Source of the DNA: Candidatus Peribacteria bacterium
GTDB taxonomy: Bacteria; Patescibacteriota; Gracilibacteria; Absconditabacterales; Absconditicoccaceae
DNA: 64,000 bases
NCBI GenBank assembly: GCA_031276875.1
Contig: JAISMG010000028.1
Coordinates: 11,465 to 75,464 of the forward strand
Direction: 5' to 3'
Below the pieces are notes generated by a model. That model had not been told where the DNA came from. It searched no databases and was given only the letters and a program-made list of their open reading frames with translations. Made by a program: the position numbers and the translations under genes. Numbering within the stretch: position 1 is the first letter of the stretch; the number at the start of each line of letters is the position of its first letter. Below are positions 50,210 through 63,301 of this stretch, piece by piece.

Positions 50210-51541
50210 CTATTTTCCTCTTACTTTTATAAGAAGTCTCAATCATATAGCTAACATCACTATAACCATTAGCACCAGAGAAACAAGAGCAGTTATCAAC
50301 GTGCTCACATATTTCCAAATCGTAAGAAACCAAGAAAAATTATCCATATATATATACTGAATTTTATTTGTTTGGAGGTCAAATGCATTGATACAAATTC
50401 TTTTGGGAGCAAGGATAAAAAGCGGATAAACTATCGTAGCATTAGCTGAAATGAGTACCCCTTGAGTAAAAAAATTAGAAAGTTTGTGGGAATACGTTAA
50501 TTTTTCTTTGTCAATTCAAGTCAAAAATAAAAAAACATCTGTACTAAAAAACTTTTTTGTAAGTTCAGAGAATTCAGATTTTTCTACTCGTTTACCTTCT
50601 AATGAAGGTTTGAGATGAAATGACTGCATTTTCTTTTGATTGTGTTGAAAAGAAAAATTATTGCAAAGGAAATCCCAAATTGCTGAGAAAAAGATTTTTA
50701 TCATTCCATTATCCCCTTCTATCAGCCATTTATCTAAAGCCGTCCATACATAACAAAATAATACTCCAAAAAATTTCAGTTTTCCTTTACTATTTTTCAA
50801 AAGTCGAAATAACTGATTTCTAATGGAGAAATACATTCGTGTATAGTTTCCATTAACCGGTTTCAGATAAGGATGCAGATAATTATGATTGATAATTTTG
50901 ACTTGATAGTGATATTTTTGTATTCACATCTCAATTCTCTCACCCCGCTCTAAATCTTCTGCTCTAAAAAAATTTCTAGGGTCAATAATGCCTATTTTTT
51001 CAACAAAGGAAACAGGATATCAAGCAAGCTGAACTCGCCAAGACTTTCCTTTCTCTGACGGATACGCAGATGACCAAACATTTCTACAAGTATTGATAAA
51101 GGTGAGCGTCTGTGCATTAGCTTCTTTCATTAGTGATGAAAATGTTTGCTCTTGTTCCAATATAATATCATCCTCCACTACAAAAAAATATTCATACGAT
51201 TGAGATAAGATATATTCCATACCAAGGGCATAACCTCCCGCAGAACCTACATTAGATAAAGGAGTAATAACAATACAATTGTCAAAACGAGTAGCATACG
51301 TTAAAAGAAAAGTTTTTTCTTCTATGTTTGTACTATTTTCTATGAAAATAATATCAAAATTCTGATTTTTTTCTCTTTGGAGATAGTCCAAAAGACGTTT
51401 TGTATTTTCAAAATGGTTAAAATGAATAGTAAGTATTGCATACTTATGCTGAGGTTTTCCATCTATTTTGGATACAAAATCTTTCCAATTGTTTCGTCTG
51501 GGAAAACGATTATTTTTAATCTGATAATTAAGTTGAGACAT
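50210..51541 (-). CDS. GT2 glycosyltransferase
   Basis: NVGSAGGY, VEDD, DPRNFFRAEDLE. Confidence 0.82.
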
Positions 51542-51579
51542 AATAATTTCTTTCAAGAATAAAGTATCTCCTGCCAATA

Positions 51580-52584
51580 CTAATTATCTTTTGGGTATGC
51601 GACCAAGAGAATATCCGCAAAAGGATGAAAACAATTCCATCTAAAAAACGTATATATATATCATAAATTCCAGCTTTCTAATAGCGGTTTAATTTCAAAA
51701 AAATCTTTTCAACTATGATAAATACTAATCAAAAGAATAGGCTTATCTTCCTTTATTGTTTTTTCTGCTCCTAAAACACTTTCATATTCTAATCCTTCTA
51801 TGTCTCGTTTGATTAGCCCTACTTTTCCCTTATTTTCTTTCATAAAATTATCAATACTTACCACTTCTATTTTTTCTCCTAGTTCTCCATCCAAAATCTT
51901 GCTGCCTGCTCCTCATTGACTGATAATCGCTTGATAATTTTTCTTTCCTACTCCTGATTTAATGGGAATAATGATATCTTGTTGACTATTATCCAATATT
52001 GTTTTACGTGCTTGATTAAAATTTTCCAAATTAGGTTCAAAAGTATATACTTTTTTAGGAGAAAGTTTTTCACTCAAAGTCAATGCAGTATCTGCAATAT
52101 ATCCTCCACAATCCAAAATAATTTTATTTTGTACATATTCCTTCACATAAGGAATACGAGATAAAGTCATTGCATAAAAAATATTCAACCAACTAGAAAT
52201 TTTATCTATCCCAAAATATGGAGTAGGATATTTTAAACAAAACTTTGCAAAAGCTTTTTGCTCTTTTTCTTCTTTTGTAGAAAAGATTTTTGTATATTCC
52301 AATACATTATTATCAGCAATAAGCTGAATTTTTTGATACATAGCATAAATAAATTCTTTATCTATTGTCTCTAATCATTTTGTAAGATGTATAAGTTTTT
52401 TTTCTGCATCTGGATAACGTGCTATATCCTGGGTCCATACCTTACTATTCTCATCCCTCTGCCACACTCTCCAATGCATTGAAGAAAGAGACTGAAAAAG
52501 CATCTGAAAATAATGTAAATTTTTGAGCCATTGCCATCACCTTGATAAAGTGAAAAGATAACATTTTAAAAGAATTTTTCTCAT
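51580..52584 (-). CDS. FkbM family methyltransferase
   Basis: LDCGGYIAD, FEPN, IK.DIEGLE, ISIYH. Confidence 0.88.
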
Positions 52585-52610
52585 AATACTACATCAGTAA
52601 AAAATAAATT

Positions 52611-53543
52611 TTATATAAACTTTCTAAAATACTCAATCGTTTTCATTAGTCCTTCTTTTAATTCAACTCTGGGCTCTCGCCCTAACTTTTCTTTTGCCAA
52701 TTGATTATCTGCTTTCCTCTGTTTAGGATCATCTTCTGGTAATGGTTGATACACAATCTGACTTTTACTTTCTGGTATCAGTGCTAAAATTACTTCTACA
52801 AGCTCTTTCATCGTAAATTCAAATGGTGTTCAAATATTTACCGGTCAAATAAATCAATCCACATTATTCATCATCCTAACCATTCCTTCAATTAAATCAT
52901 CAACATATTGAAAACTCCTCGTTTGCTCCCCTGTTCCATAGATAGTAATATCCTCATTTTTCAATGCCTGCATAATGAAATTACTTATTACTCTTCCATC
53001 ACTGGGATGCATATGGGGACCATACGTATTAAAAATTCTAATCACACGAATATCTACCCCATATGCTTTGTGATAATCATAAAATAAGGTTTCAGCAGCT
53101 CTCTTTCCTTCATCATAACAACTTCTACTTCCAGCAATATTCACATTTCCCCAATAGGTTTCTGGCTGAGGATGGATGGAAGGGTCGCCATATACTTCTG
53201 AAGTAGAAGATTGTAAAACTCTAGCTTTAGTTTTGAGAGCCAGCTCCAGCATATTCATTGCTCCCAGAACTGAAGTTTTCATTGTTTCTACTGGATTTTT
53301 CTGATAATGTACAGGAGAAGCAGGACAAGCAAGATTATAAATCTGATCTACTTGCATTCGAAAAGGTTGTGTAATATCGTGCAATACAAACGTAAAGTTT
53401 GGATGATGCAACAAAGGCGTAATATTGCTCTTATTGCAAGTAAAGAGATTATCTAAACAAATAACTTCATTTCCTTCATCAAGTAATCTTTTACACAAAT
53501 GTGAACCAACAAAGCCTGCTCATCAAGTGATTAATATTTTCAT
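52611..53543 (-). CDS. UDP-glucuronate decarboxylase (UDP-xylose synthase) family SDR
   Basis: ITG(TGA)G(TGA)[40 protein letters not shown]. Confidence 0.93.
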
Positions 53544-53684
53544 TGTATCTTATATGTTTTCAAGGTAAAAAATGTATTGATATGCATACTTTTTTTCTCC
53601 TTAAATACAAGCGGAAATACTTGCGGAGAAATTATAATTCAAAATGCACCATCATATACTTACAAAGGAATATTATCTGCAAGA

Positions 53685-54548
53685 TTACGTCGAAATACTT
53701 TCTGGCTTCAACCTTGGATACTTTTCATAAAACCTTCTCAATCTCTCCCAATCCCCAATATCCCACCATTCTATCTCTCTCATCACAACCATCTGAATAT
53801 TGTCTACTTTTTCCATAATGGCATAATCAATCGAGAGCGACGGAAGAGAAGAAAAATGCTGCAAAAACTCTTCCAAACTTCCCTGCATTCGTTGAGCAAT
53901 TTCTGGACAATACGATTGAAATGCTTGCTGTATGGTCGCTAGAGTAAATAAAAAAATACCACTATTCCACAGATAACTTCCTGCTTTGAGATACTCCTCT
54001 GCTACTGCTAGAGAAGGCTTTTCTTTAAAGGAAAGTATCGGCGTAATTGTATCGGTATTTGCCACGTTAATATATCCATATCCCGTTTCTGCATAGGTCG
54101 GCTGAATACCAAATAAGATAATCTTTCCCGTTTTGGCACGTTCTGTACCGAGATGAAGAAAATATTCAAAATCAACTTGAGGCTGAATGATATGGTCAGC
54201 AGGAGCAACTAATAACATATCGTCTGGCTGAACTCCTTGAGCTTCAAGAGTTTTTACGATAAGGGCAAGAGCTGGTGCCGTATTTTTTCTTTCGGGTTCA
54301 AGTATCAGATTTTTTTCACTGATAGGAAGCTGTTGCAAAATCTTGTCTTTGTATTTTGCGGAGCTACTGACAAAAAGGGTAGCAGGTTCACGTATTCAAT
54401 ACTCATCAGGGATATTGAGCCTGTGATACGTTGTTTGCAACAGAGATTTTGTTCCCACAAGTGTGATAAATTGTTTGGGATTGTCTTCGGTAGAAAGTGG
54501 TGCAAGTCTCGTTCCTCCTCCACCAGCGAGAATGATTTTGTAGAGCAT
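53685..54548 (-). CDS. manC: Mannose-1-phosphate guanylyltransferase
   Basis: [47 protein letters not shown]. Confidence 0.9.
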
Positions 54549-54572
54549 TTACGTGTAGATGAATAAAATATA

Positions 54573-55436
54573 CTATTTATTCTTTTGTATCTTATGTTCC
54601 AAAGCTACTAACTCTTCTAAATTATGCTGATTATGAACCACATTATTAAATTGTTTTTGGGCAGTTTTTTTTAGTATGTTAAATCTTTCTGCTTGGGATA
54701 GTCAGGTTTCCACTAGTTGAGCGTTTAAAAACTCTATATTACTCAACACAATAAGCTCGGTAATGGTTGCATTATCCCTAATATTTCTCTCCTTGGTTTG
54801 TATACCTGTTTCGTCTCTCCACTGTTTGTTTGTCTTTCAGAAAATAATTATATTCAACATATCAGCTTCATCTGCATATGTATAATATTCCGCTTTTTTA
54901 TCACTTATTTTACCATCTATCAGATGTTCTTTTATGGCTAAAGTATGTGTTTTATAATTGATTTTTGATAATACTCTATTGATGGTCCAATGAGGATTTC
55001 ATCTCATTTGCTCCAATCACTTTAATCTCTGAAATTCCTTAACGATATATAGTCTAAATTCAGGAGAAATCCAACTCGCAAATTCTAAAGCAATATCTAT
55101 ATGTGCAAAACTTCCTCCTCCATACCTTCCAGATTTTGAAACAATTCAAATTGCATTTACTCCTTCTATTCGTTTTTGTGGAGACATTGTAAAAGCATTA
55201 AAACCCGCTTCACTTTTAAAGGCATCGAATTCGACCCCTTTAAAATTTGGATTATTTAACTGTTCCCATACTCACAAAAACGCTATAACATCTTTATTTC
55301 TCATCCAATTTTGTATAGCACTTTTGGGTTCTGTTGCATTTTTAATTCTTGCTATATCTGTCAAAGAGAGATAAGGCTCACTTCTAATTTTTATTATGGT
55401 TATCATATTTCACGGTACTTGAAGTAGTTCACTCAT
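54573..55436 (-). CDS. KilA-N domain protein
   Basis: SLTDIA, NWMRN, SPQK(CGA)IE, KSGRYGGGSFAHIDIALEFASWISPEF, SKINYKTHT; absent from ORF track. Confidence 0.88.
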
Positions 55437-55518
55437 AATAATATGTACAAAATAAATTACTTATGTATATACATTTTTAACATAAATACAAACAAAAATA
55501 CCCATTTCCTATCCCTTC

Positions 55519-56814
55519 CTACACTCCTAACTCTTCCTGTACCTTCTGCAATTGTTCTCTCCCAACCTCTGCCCGCACCTGCTTTCGTAAATTTTCAATT
55601 TCTCACTCCCCTGCTTGAAATCCACGCTCATTTGCCAACTTCAACGCAACGAGCATTTCCTCACTGGTTCCGACACATTCAAAAGGCTTACAGCCTTGCA
55701 TACCGAGCAATTCCTTGAATAAAGGAAGCAACGCTTCATCAGCAAACAGCTTTTTCCCAAAGATTTCATCCACCGTTTCAGCGGGTAAAAATGCTCTCAT
55801 CATCGTATACACGAAAGCACATTTGGGACATTTACCACATCGGAGCTGTTTTCACGTAAGATGAGTTCAGGTGAGGTGAAAATTTCTATTACACGAAGAA
55901 AAGGCGTGAAAATACTGCGGATACTTGCAAAATTCCTGTACAATCCTGATTTCGTATCGCGGACGGAGAATGCTATAATACGTCAGATTTTTAGCAATAT
56001 TGGTATGAATGTAGGTTTGAAACGCTTGCTCAAATGCTTCACTTTTGGACCATTGATGATTGATTTCTACGCCGTCCAAGAGCAGATTGCCGTGATTGGC
56101 GGATTTTTCGTTGGAAAGAACAATTTCATTACTCTCATACAAATACGCCGTCAGAAGAGAAAGAAAAGACAGAATGCCCGTAATGGGAACATGTCCATTA
56201 TATCGCTCTCAGCTTTGGTTCATTGCAAAAAGTTTTGGGTCAAGTGTTCTCGTATGGATAATTCTCGGAACATTTACCTTGCTGGCGGCAAGTGCGTGCA
56301 ATGGCAGATTTCCCATACTAAACAGAAAAAAAGGCTGATGACGCTCTTTGAGCAGTTCCACACTCACCAGAGAATCTTTTCCACCCCCAAAAAACACCAA
56401 CGCTGTCGGTTGAAGCATTTCCCGAGCAACAGGAGCAGGAGTGCCATTGAGAGGACTATTGCTAAACTGGCAAATATCTTTGGGGGAAAGTCCGTTTACC
56501 ACCATAAATTCTCCCAATCCATTGAGATAAAAGCTTTTCCAAAAGTGCAACATTTCGGGAGTTCGTCGGTCAGGAACGAGGATTTTCGCCGTTGGAGAAA
56601 GTTTGTAATACGAAATTCCCAGAGCGATATGGATATGTTGTAGCAAGGTATGAAGGATGGTTTCGTCGATGGAAGTTCTGATTTTTTTTACGGTTGTAGA
56701 AAAGTTTACGGTTTCTGTAAAAAATAGCTCATCAGCCTGATACGTGAACGTAGCGATAAGCGTTTGCTGGTCAAAAGAAAAGGAATGAAAGCTGAAGGTA
56801 GAAAACGTACGCAT
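55519..56814 (-). CDS. murL: UDP-MurNAc-L-Ala-L-Glu epimerase MurL-like
   Basis: GGGKDSLVS, NGHVPIT, SNEKSA, INHQWSKS, FSSCNRNF, CGKCPKCAF, KPFECVG. Confidence 0.82.
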
Positions 56815-56900
56815 TTGCCACAAAGGGAGTAAAAATAATAAGGTAGTATGGTTATAGGAAAAGGAGGAGAAAAAACAAATCAAATTATTTGTTTAACAAG

Positions 56901-56930
56901 AAGGCTTCTTGGAAATATCCAAGAAGCCTT
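56901..56930. terminator. Hairpin, probable terminator
   Basis: aaggcttcttgga-aata-tccaagaagcctt. Confidence 0.65.
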
Positions 56931-56944
56931 ATGATAAGAAGTGG

Positions 56945-57175
56945 TTATCCCTGTTTCTGAAACCCAAAAGATTGAAGATTTTGTTCTTCTGCCCTTAAAT
57001 ATTCAGGCGTAAACACTTTTGAATACAAAACATCACCTTGGCAGAATACTTTTATTCTACCATCTTTGAGTAGATGGATACGATACTGCCCCTCGAGAAG
57101 AACAATACCTAGTCTTCTCAATTTATCTCCGGTTGATTCGGAATAACCTTTTTGTTTGAATTGCATGTCATTCAT
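56945..57175 (-). CDS. Small hypothetical protein
   Basis: 76-aa ORF followed by a terminator hairpin. Confidence 0.55.
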   Translation of the reverse strand: MNDMQFKQKGYSESTGDKLRRLGIVLLEGQYRIHLLKDGRIKVFCQGDVLYSKVFTPEYLRAEEQNLQSFGFQKQG

Positions 57176-57343
57176 AAAAATTTAACTTTTATTATTTTAA
57201 TTTTTAGTCAATCCCCACCTGTTTTTCTTTTTAGAGGCTTCGTTGACTTATCTAAAGGTATAACTAATAATAATAATACAATTGCAAGCTAAAAATGACT
57301 TTTTTTGTTGTCATTTTTCTCTACACTAAGAATAACCTTCTCA

Positions 57344-57712
57344 CTAACTCAATCACGGAATATTTCCACCACCAAGCATTCCTGCCAAATCACTAGTATC
57401 TACTCCGAGAATTTCTTTGGTCTTTTCTGCAACGATTTCTTGTGCTTTGGTTTGTGCTTTTTGAAATGCTGTAATCAATAGCTGTTCCAAATGCACTTTT
57501 TGACTAGGGTCTAATAGTGAAAGGTCGTTGATTTGTAAATCTTTCAATTTCATTTCACCAGAAATATCTACAATAATAGCGTCTTTTTCCTCATCACCAT
57601 CAGTATATTTTCCCTCTTTGGCTCTAATTATCAGATTTTTAAGCACTTTTTCTAGTTGCTTATATTTGTCATACATTTTTTTCATATCTCCCATTTTGCT
57701 AAACATATTCAT
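57344..57712 (-). CDS. YbaB/EbfC family nucleoid-associated protein
   Basis: IVDISGEMKL..LEQLLITAFQKA..; Gly-rich tail. Confidence 0.8.
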
Positions 57713-57763
57713 TGAGTTGTTGGCATAAAGAATTAAAAAAGCTGAAGTATTATACGATTTCTT

Positions 57764-58165
57764 TTAGTATTTTCAAGCCCAAACATCGTAAAAAGAAGGC
57801 TGACTTGCCCTGAGCAAACGATAAATGGTAGGAAAATCTTCGCGACGTTCTGCTAAAAAGACAAATCCTTTGTCCATCGTACGAATAATTTCAACATATT
57901 TTTTGAGCGTAGCTTGAGCGTTTTTGAGGGTAGCTTTATCACTAGATTTGATAAATCCTATGAGCATATCCCCCTCCTGATAAAGAGAAGATTGTAGTTG
58001 AAAGAAATTGGATGTCAGCGGTTCTTCTGGTGATAGTGGAAACTCCTTTTGCGATGAATGCGAGGAAGTATCACTACATAAGAAGAAAAGCAACAGTACA
58101 ATAATCACTCCACAGATTACAAACGTGATTTTTGATTTTGAGGTGTCATAGTATTCTTTGAGCAT
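57764..58165 (-). CDS. Hypothetical single-pass membrane protein
   Basis: One hydrophobic segment; start uncertain. Confidence 0.5.
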
Positions 58166-58286
58166 TATGAAGGAATAAAGAGATAAAAAAATCATTGTAA
58201 TGATACTCTGGAGTATAGGATTTTGTATCGCATTAGCAAGAGAAAAATAGTACAAATACGATAAGTTAGCTTTAATGTAATTGGAT

Positions 58287-59309
58287 TTAGGTAAATGACT
58301 TTGTAAATCTCAAGTCTCCATTGGTAAAATATCTAATATCCTTAATTCCATATTTCATTGCTGTTACTCTGTTAATCCCAATTCCAAAGGCAAATCCTGT
58401 CCATCCTTCTCTCGGGTCAACGCCAGCATTTTTCAATACATTAGGATGTATCATCCCTGCTCAGAGCAATTCAAGCCATTTAGAAAGCTGCTTTTTACCA
58501 GTCTTTGGGTCTATATATTCATATCTAGCATCAATTTCAAAGCCCGGCTCGACAAACGGGAAAAACCCCGGACGCATTCTGACTTCTACTTGCTTTTTCA
58601 AGGTAGCAGAGAGAAAGGTTGTAATCACATTTTTAAAATTGGCAATGGAAATATTTTTATCAATGTATACGCCTTCAAGCTGATAAAACATCGTATCGTG
58701 GGTAGCATCCATTTCATCGAAACGATAACATCTTCCCGGCAACACTGCCTTGATGGGCACACCGTGCTTTCTGATAATGTAATTTTGAGCAGAAGAAGTA
58801 TGCGTTCTCAAAACATAATTCTCGCCTCTATCGTCTTTCTGCTCCAAATAAATGGTATCGTGCATTTCCGTTGCAGGGTGCGTAATGGGAATATTTACCG
58901 CTTCAAAATTTTCAAATTTGCTGACCACTTCTGTTCCCAGTTCCACGATAAATCCCATTGATTGGGCGATATTTTCCATTTCTCTTCTGGTTTTTACGAG
59001 CAAATTATAATATCCTTGGTCAAGTTTTTTTCCGGGAAGCGAAATATCCACCAATTCTTTTTCCAAAAGTTCGTTAATTTCTTTGAGGGAAAACTGTTGC
59101 TCTTTTTCAGCATATGCTGTTTCCAAAGCAGTTTTTAAAGCTGAAAGCACTTGTCATTTTTCCTTTCTTTCGTCGGGAGAAAGGTCGGACATTGTTTTGA
59201 AGGCGAGCGTGATAGTGCCCTTTTTCCCAAGGTAAGTTTGGTATCGTTGTTGGAGACTTTCTGGGGTAGAGACTTGAGAAAGTTCGTTGAGTAGTTGCTG
59301 TTTATCCAT
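58287..59309 (-). CDS. pheS: Phenylalanine-tRNA ligase alpha subunit
   Basis: [36 protein letters not shown](TGA)AGM, GFAFGIG. Confidence 0.96.
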
Positions 59310-59457
59310 AGATGAAGAGGGTGAATGAAGATAAAACATAAATGAAGAGTTCTTCTATAGTCAATAAATAATACAAAATAACTATTTTGTCGAGTATAGT
59401 CGATAAATGTTGTTTTTCAAGTGATTTTTAATAGGAAGGATATTTTTTTCTTTTGTT

Positions 59458-59736
59458 TTATGCTTCCAATTTCTTTTGTACTTCAGCTTTCAGCTCTTCT
59501 TTACAGATAATGAAGAGTTCTTGGGCGGTCGCTCCTTTGGACATAATGCATTTTCGCCCTGTTGAGGTAGGATACGAAATACGAAATCTGACTTCTGAAC
59601 TTCCTTTTTGTTGTCTGGAAATCCTTCCGGGAATAATTCTGCTGATTTCTGGCATTTTTTCAATTTCCAAAAGAAAGCTATAAAAGTCAGGCAAAATATG
59701 ATGTTCGGTTTTTACTTTTGTGAATTTTGGTTGCAT
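59458..59736 (-). CDS. DUF2103-like small protein
   Basis: EHHIL...RIIPGRI...T.TG.K...KGATAQELF. Confidence 0.6.
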   Translation of the reverse strand: MQPKFTKVKTEHHILPDFYSFLLEIEKMPEISRIIPGRISRQQKGSSEVRFRISYPTSTGRKCIMSKGATAQELFIICKEELKAEVQKKLEA

Positions 59737-59801
59737 TGGTGGAAAGATTGGACAAAAAATTATAGTGCTTAATGTACGTTATTTTGATAGGAAGGGTTCA
59801 G

Positions 59802-62270
59802 CTATTCCACAAAACATTCTACGCCTAAATTTCCTTCTTTCCATTCAATCGCTAATGCTTTGGTAATGCCTTTCACATCATCTTCAAAAAGCTGCATTGC
59901 TTGTTTTTGTTCGGGACTACAAGAAATGATGAGCTTGCTCAATGCTGCTCCCATCGAAATCTGAGACTCAGATTTGTATCTTCTGACCATTTCTACAATT
60001 TCCAACACGGTTTGCATTGGTAGCAGTCTTGATGTTCGTTTAATGCTTCACTCAACAGTAGGATAGGTAGTTTTATGAATGGAATGCCGAGCATTCTCTG
60101 CAATCTCTGCGGGAATATCTTTTTTAAAATAGTCTTGGTAAATTTCCTCAGTAATGTGCGGAAGATACGGTGCAATCAGCTGAATAATCGTGTAAAACAC
60201 TTTGTACAAGGTAGCTTGTCAGCTTTTTTTCTTTTCTTCTCCCTGTTCAAAACGTTCTGGCTGATAGAGACGCACTTTGATAAGCTCTAAATAATTATCA
60301 CAAAAATCTGCTCGGAAAAACTCTTCAAACGCAATTTTTGCAAGTCCATATTCGTAATGGTCAAGATGTTTATTCATCTTTTCTACGGTAGTATTGAGTT
60401 TTTCCAAAATTCGTTGGTCGGTCGGATAGAGCGTTGCATAGTCTATGCTCCCTTCCCTCTGCATCTTTGTGGTATCAAAGCCTTCCAATTGCATTTTCAC
60501 AAACTGAAACGCATTCCACAGCTTCATCACGAGCTTTTGTCATTTTTTCAGTTCTTCCTCTTCAAATACCATATCCTTTCCGAGTTGCCCTCCAGACGTT
60601 CGATATCTGACTGCGTCTGCTCCCCGTTGCTTGATTAAATTTTCCGGTTCTACTTTGGTATTTCCCGCAGATTTAGAGATTTTTTCACTCTTGCCTGCCA
60701 AAACGTGTCCCGAAATCATCACCGTATAAAAAGGGATTTCCCCTGTTCTCAGATAACTTTGCAAAGTCGTATAGAGAAGCCACGTCCTGATAATATCGTG
60801 GGCTTGCGGTCTCAACGACATCGGTATCAGATTTCCCCCTGTTCGTCCATCTTTTTTGAGAAAGGTTTCGTTAATGAGTGGAGAAAGTCCCGACGTAAAC
60901 CACGTATCCAATACTAACGTTTCTGACTCGACTTGGTCTCTTGTATATCCCTCTGGCACCTCAATGGTCGGGTCAACAAAATGCTCAGAAAGCTGACGCT
61001 CAGACGGTAAAATCACCTTATTGGTGCCTTTTTCATATCGCACGGGAATAGGAATTCAGAATTGTCTTGACCTAGAAATATTCCAGTCTCGAGCAAGATT
61101 GTTAATCCAGTCATTGGACCTTTTTTTCATAAATTCTGGATACCGGGTCATTTTCTCGTTTTGTTGCAAGAGGAGCTCTTTTTTGTCCAAAAGGTGAACA
61201 AACCACTGATACACAGGAATAATTTCGATAGGGGTTTTGCCTCTTTCGGAGATTTTTTTCGCTTGGATAATCGGGTCTCTTTTGACAACAATATCTGCTT
61301 GTCATTCCAAATATTCCATAATCTTTTCTCTCGCTGCGTCTACTTTCAATCCTTCTATCACTTCACATCCAGAATTTTGGATGGTACCATATCTACTGAT
61401 GATGATTTTTTCCGGTAAATGGTGCTTTTGAACTCGATAAACGTCGGTTTCGTCTCCGTAGGTACAACACATTACCACTCAGCTTCCTTTATCCATTTTT
61501 ACCTTATCATCTCCGAGCAGAGGAACGGTGTCCCCCAGTGGCGTGGTAATCATTCTTCAGATATATTTGGCAAATCTTTCATCATCAGGATGAGCAAAAA
61601 CAGCTACACAAGCCGGTATCATTTCTGGTCTGGTCGTCGCAATCACGAGTTTCTCTCCGTCGTCTAGCGTGAAATTGAGATAATTGAAAAATTCATTAAA
61701 TTCCTTTTCTTCGGTTTCGGCTTGGGCAACGGTCGTCTGCATTCTGGTACATCGCAACGCGGGAAACTGTTTACCGACAATTTCGCCTTTCTGGTACATT
61801 TCCACAAATCTCTGCTGAACGAGCTGTTGCACGGCAGGAGAAATGGTCGCATACGTTCTGTTCCAGTCTACAGAAAACCCTAATGACTGTCGCAAAGCCT
61901 TGTACAAATCTCTATATTTTTGGTTCACTTCCAAACATTTTTCGACAAACGCTTTTCTTTCCAATTCTTTGATGTTGATTTTTAGCTCCTTTTCCACGAG
62001 CTGTTCGGTCGGAATACCGTTATCATCGTATCCCATCGGATAAAACACATTGAAGCCTTTCATCCTTTTGTATCTCGCGATGATTTCCGCCTGTGTATAG
62101 GAAAAAATGTGTCCAATATGGAGTTTTCCGCTAACGGTCGGAGGAGGAGTATCAATAGAAAAAATCTGATTGGGGTCAGTTTTCGTAAGGTCAAAAGCGT
62201 TAGTCTGGTGTTGTTCTCGGAAGTCTTGCCATTTTTTTTCAGACTCTGGAAAGCGATAAGGAGTAGCCAT
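59802..62270 (-). CDS. valS: Valine-tRNA ligase (archaeal-like type)
   Basis: SIDTPPPTVSG.LHIGH, ATTRPE, RPQAHDIIRTW, KISKS, DFCDNYLE. Confidence 0.95.
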
Positions 62271-62423
62271 AAACAAAACGTGAAAGAATAAAAAAGTGTT
62301 GTGAGTATAGCTATTCTAGCAGCAATTGCAAGAACATTGTAAAATGCTAAATATTTCGCTTGAAACTCCTTCTCTTTTAGATACAATGCCCAAAACGACT
62401 CTTTTAGTTTTTTACAACGCTCT

Positions 62424-62960
62424 ATGCAAACCTTTTTTACAAATTTTCTCCGAGAATTTCAACAAGCACGAACAACGCTCCTTCATCGAATAATGCTTTT
62501 GACGGGAACAGGAGAAATCTGAGCTTTAGGGATTTTTATCCTTATCAGTATTGAGCTACTGGTTTTTTTGCTTTTTATTCCCCTTCATCGTAAACTACTA
62601 AAACGCCTCCAACTCACCAAACAAACTTTGGTACAAACCGTTGATGAAGTAATCTATCTCCTCGCCAAAGCCCAATACGAATCCAAAATTTCCAAAAAAG
62701 ACCTCGGAGGTGACCCCCATATGGCAATGATGAAAGAAATGTTTAAAAGCGGACATTTTGAATATTTAAATAATATCGCACTTATTCAAGAAAATGTCAA
62801 AAAAGTAGAACTCCTTTTACAAAAGCAAGTCGTAAGTCCAGAGTTGCGAAGTCATATCGTTCTCCTGCAGAAAAAAATGAAAAGACTTCTTTTTTGGGAC
62901 AAAGGTTTGGGGATTTTTTGTAGCATTTTCACAGTGGGAATATACAAACTCTTTCGATAA
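62424..62960 (+). CDS. Hypothetical membrane protein
   Basis: Open with TGA=Gly; C-terminal IFTVGIYKLF. Confidence 0.6.
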
Positions 62961-62973
62961 ATCCGTTCAGCAT

Positions 62974-63210
62974 TTACTCTCTACATCTTCTTTTTTTTAT
63001 CAGTTTTTTCTCAAATTTTTCCAGCTGAATAGAAATCTGATTAGGGTCATTCCTTTTGGATATTCACGATTGGAGCGAGGAAATCGTTTTGCCTAAATCA
63101 GCGTTTTTGGTTGCTTGTACTAAAGGATTGTGCATTGCTTTGCTCAATTCCGTTTCCTTGCTGGAAATAGAAAGTTGCTGTGAGGAAGAAGTATCTTGAG
63201 CAGAAGTCAT
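62974..63210 (-). CDS. Small hypothetical protein downstream of the lexA-like gene
   Basis: Open with TGA=Gly; start uncertain. Confidence 0.4.
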
Positions 63211-63301
63211 AGAAAAACATAATAAGAAATAAATACAAAGAAAGCATAACCGTTGGTCGATAACCATCAAGAACCATCATCTAATACTATCACCTTAACC
63301 A

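Noticed and set aside
55861-56643. Long antisense ORFs (also 11173..11934, 31562..32326, 41742..42431)
   Set aside because: Each lies opposite a well-supported gene and has no motifs
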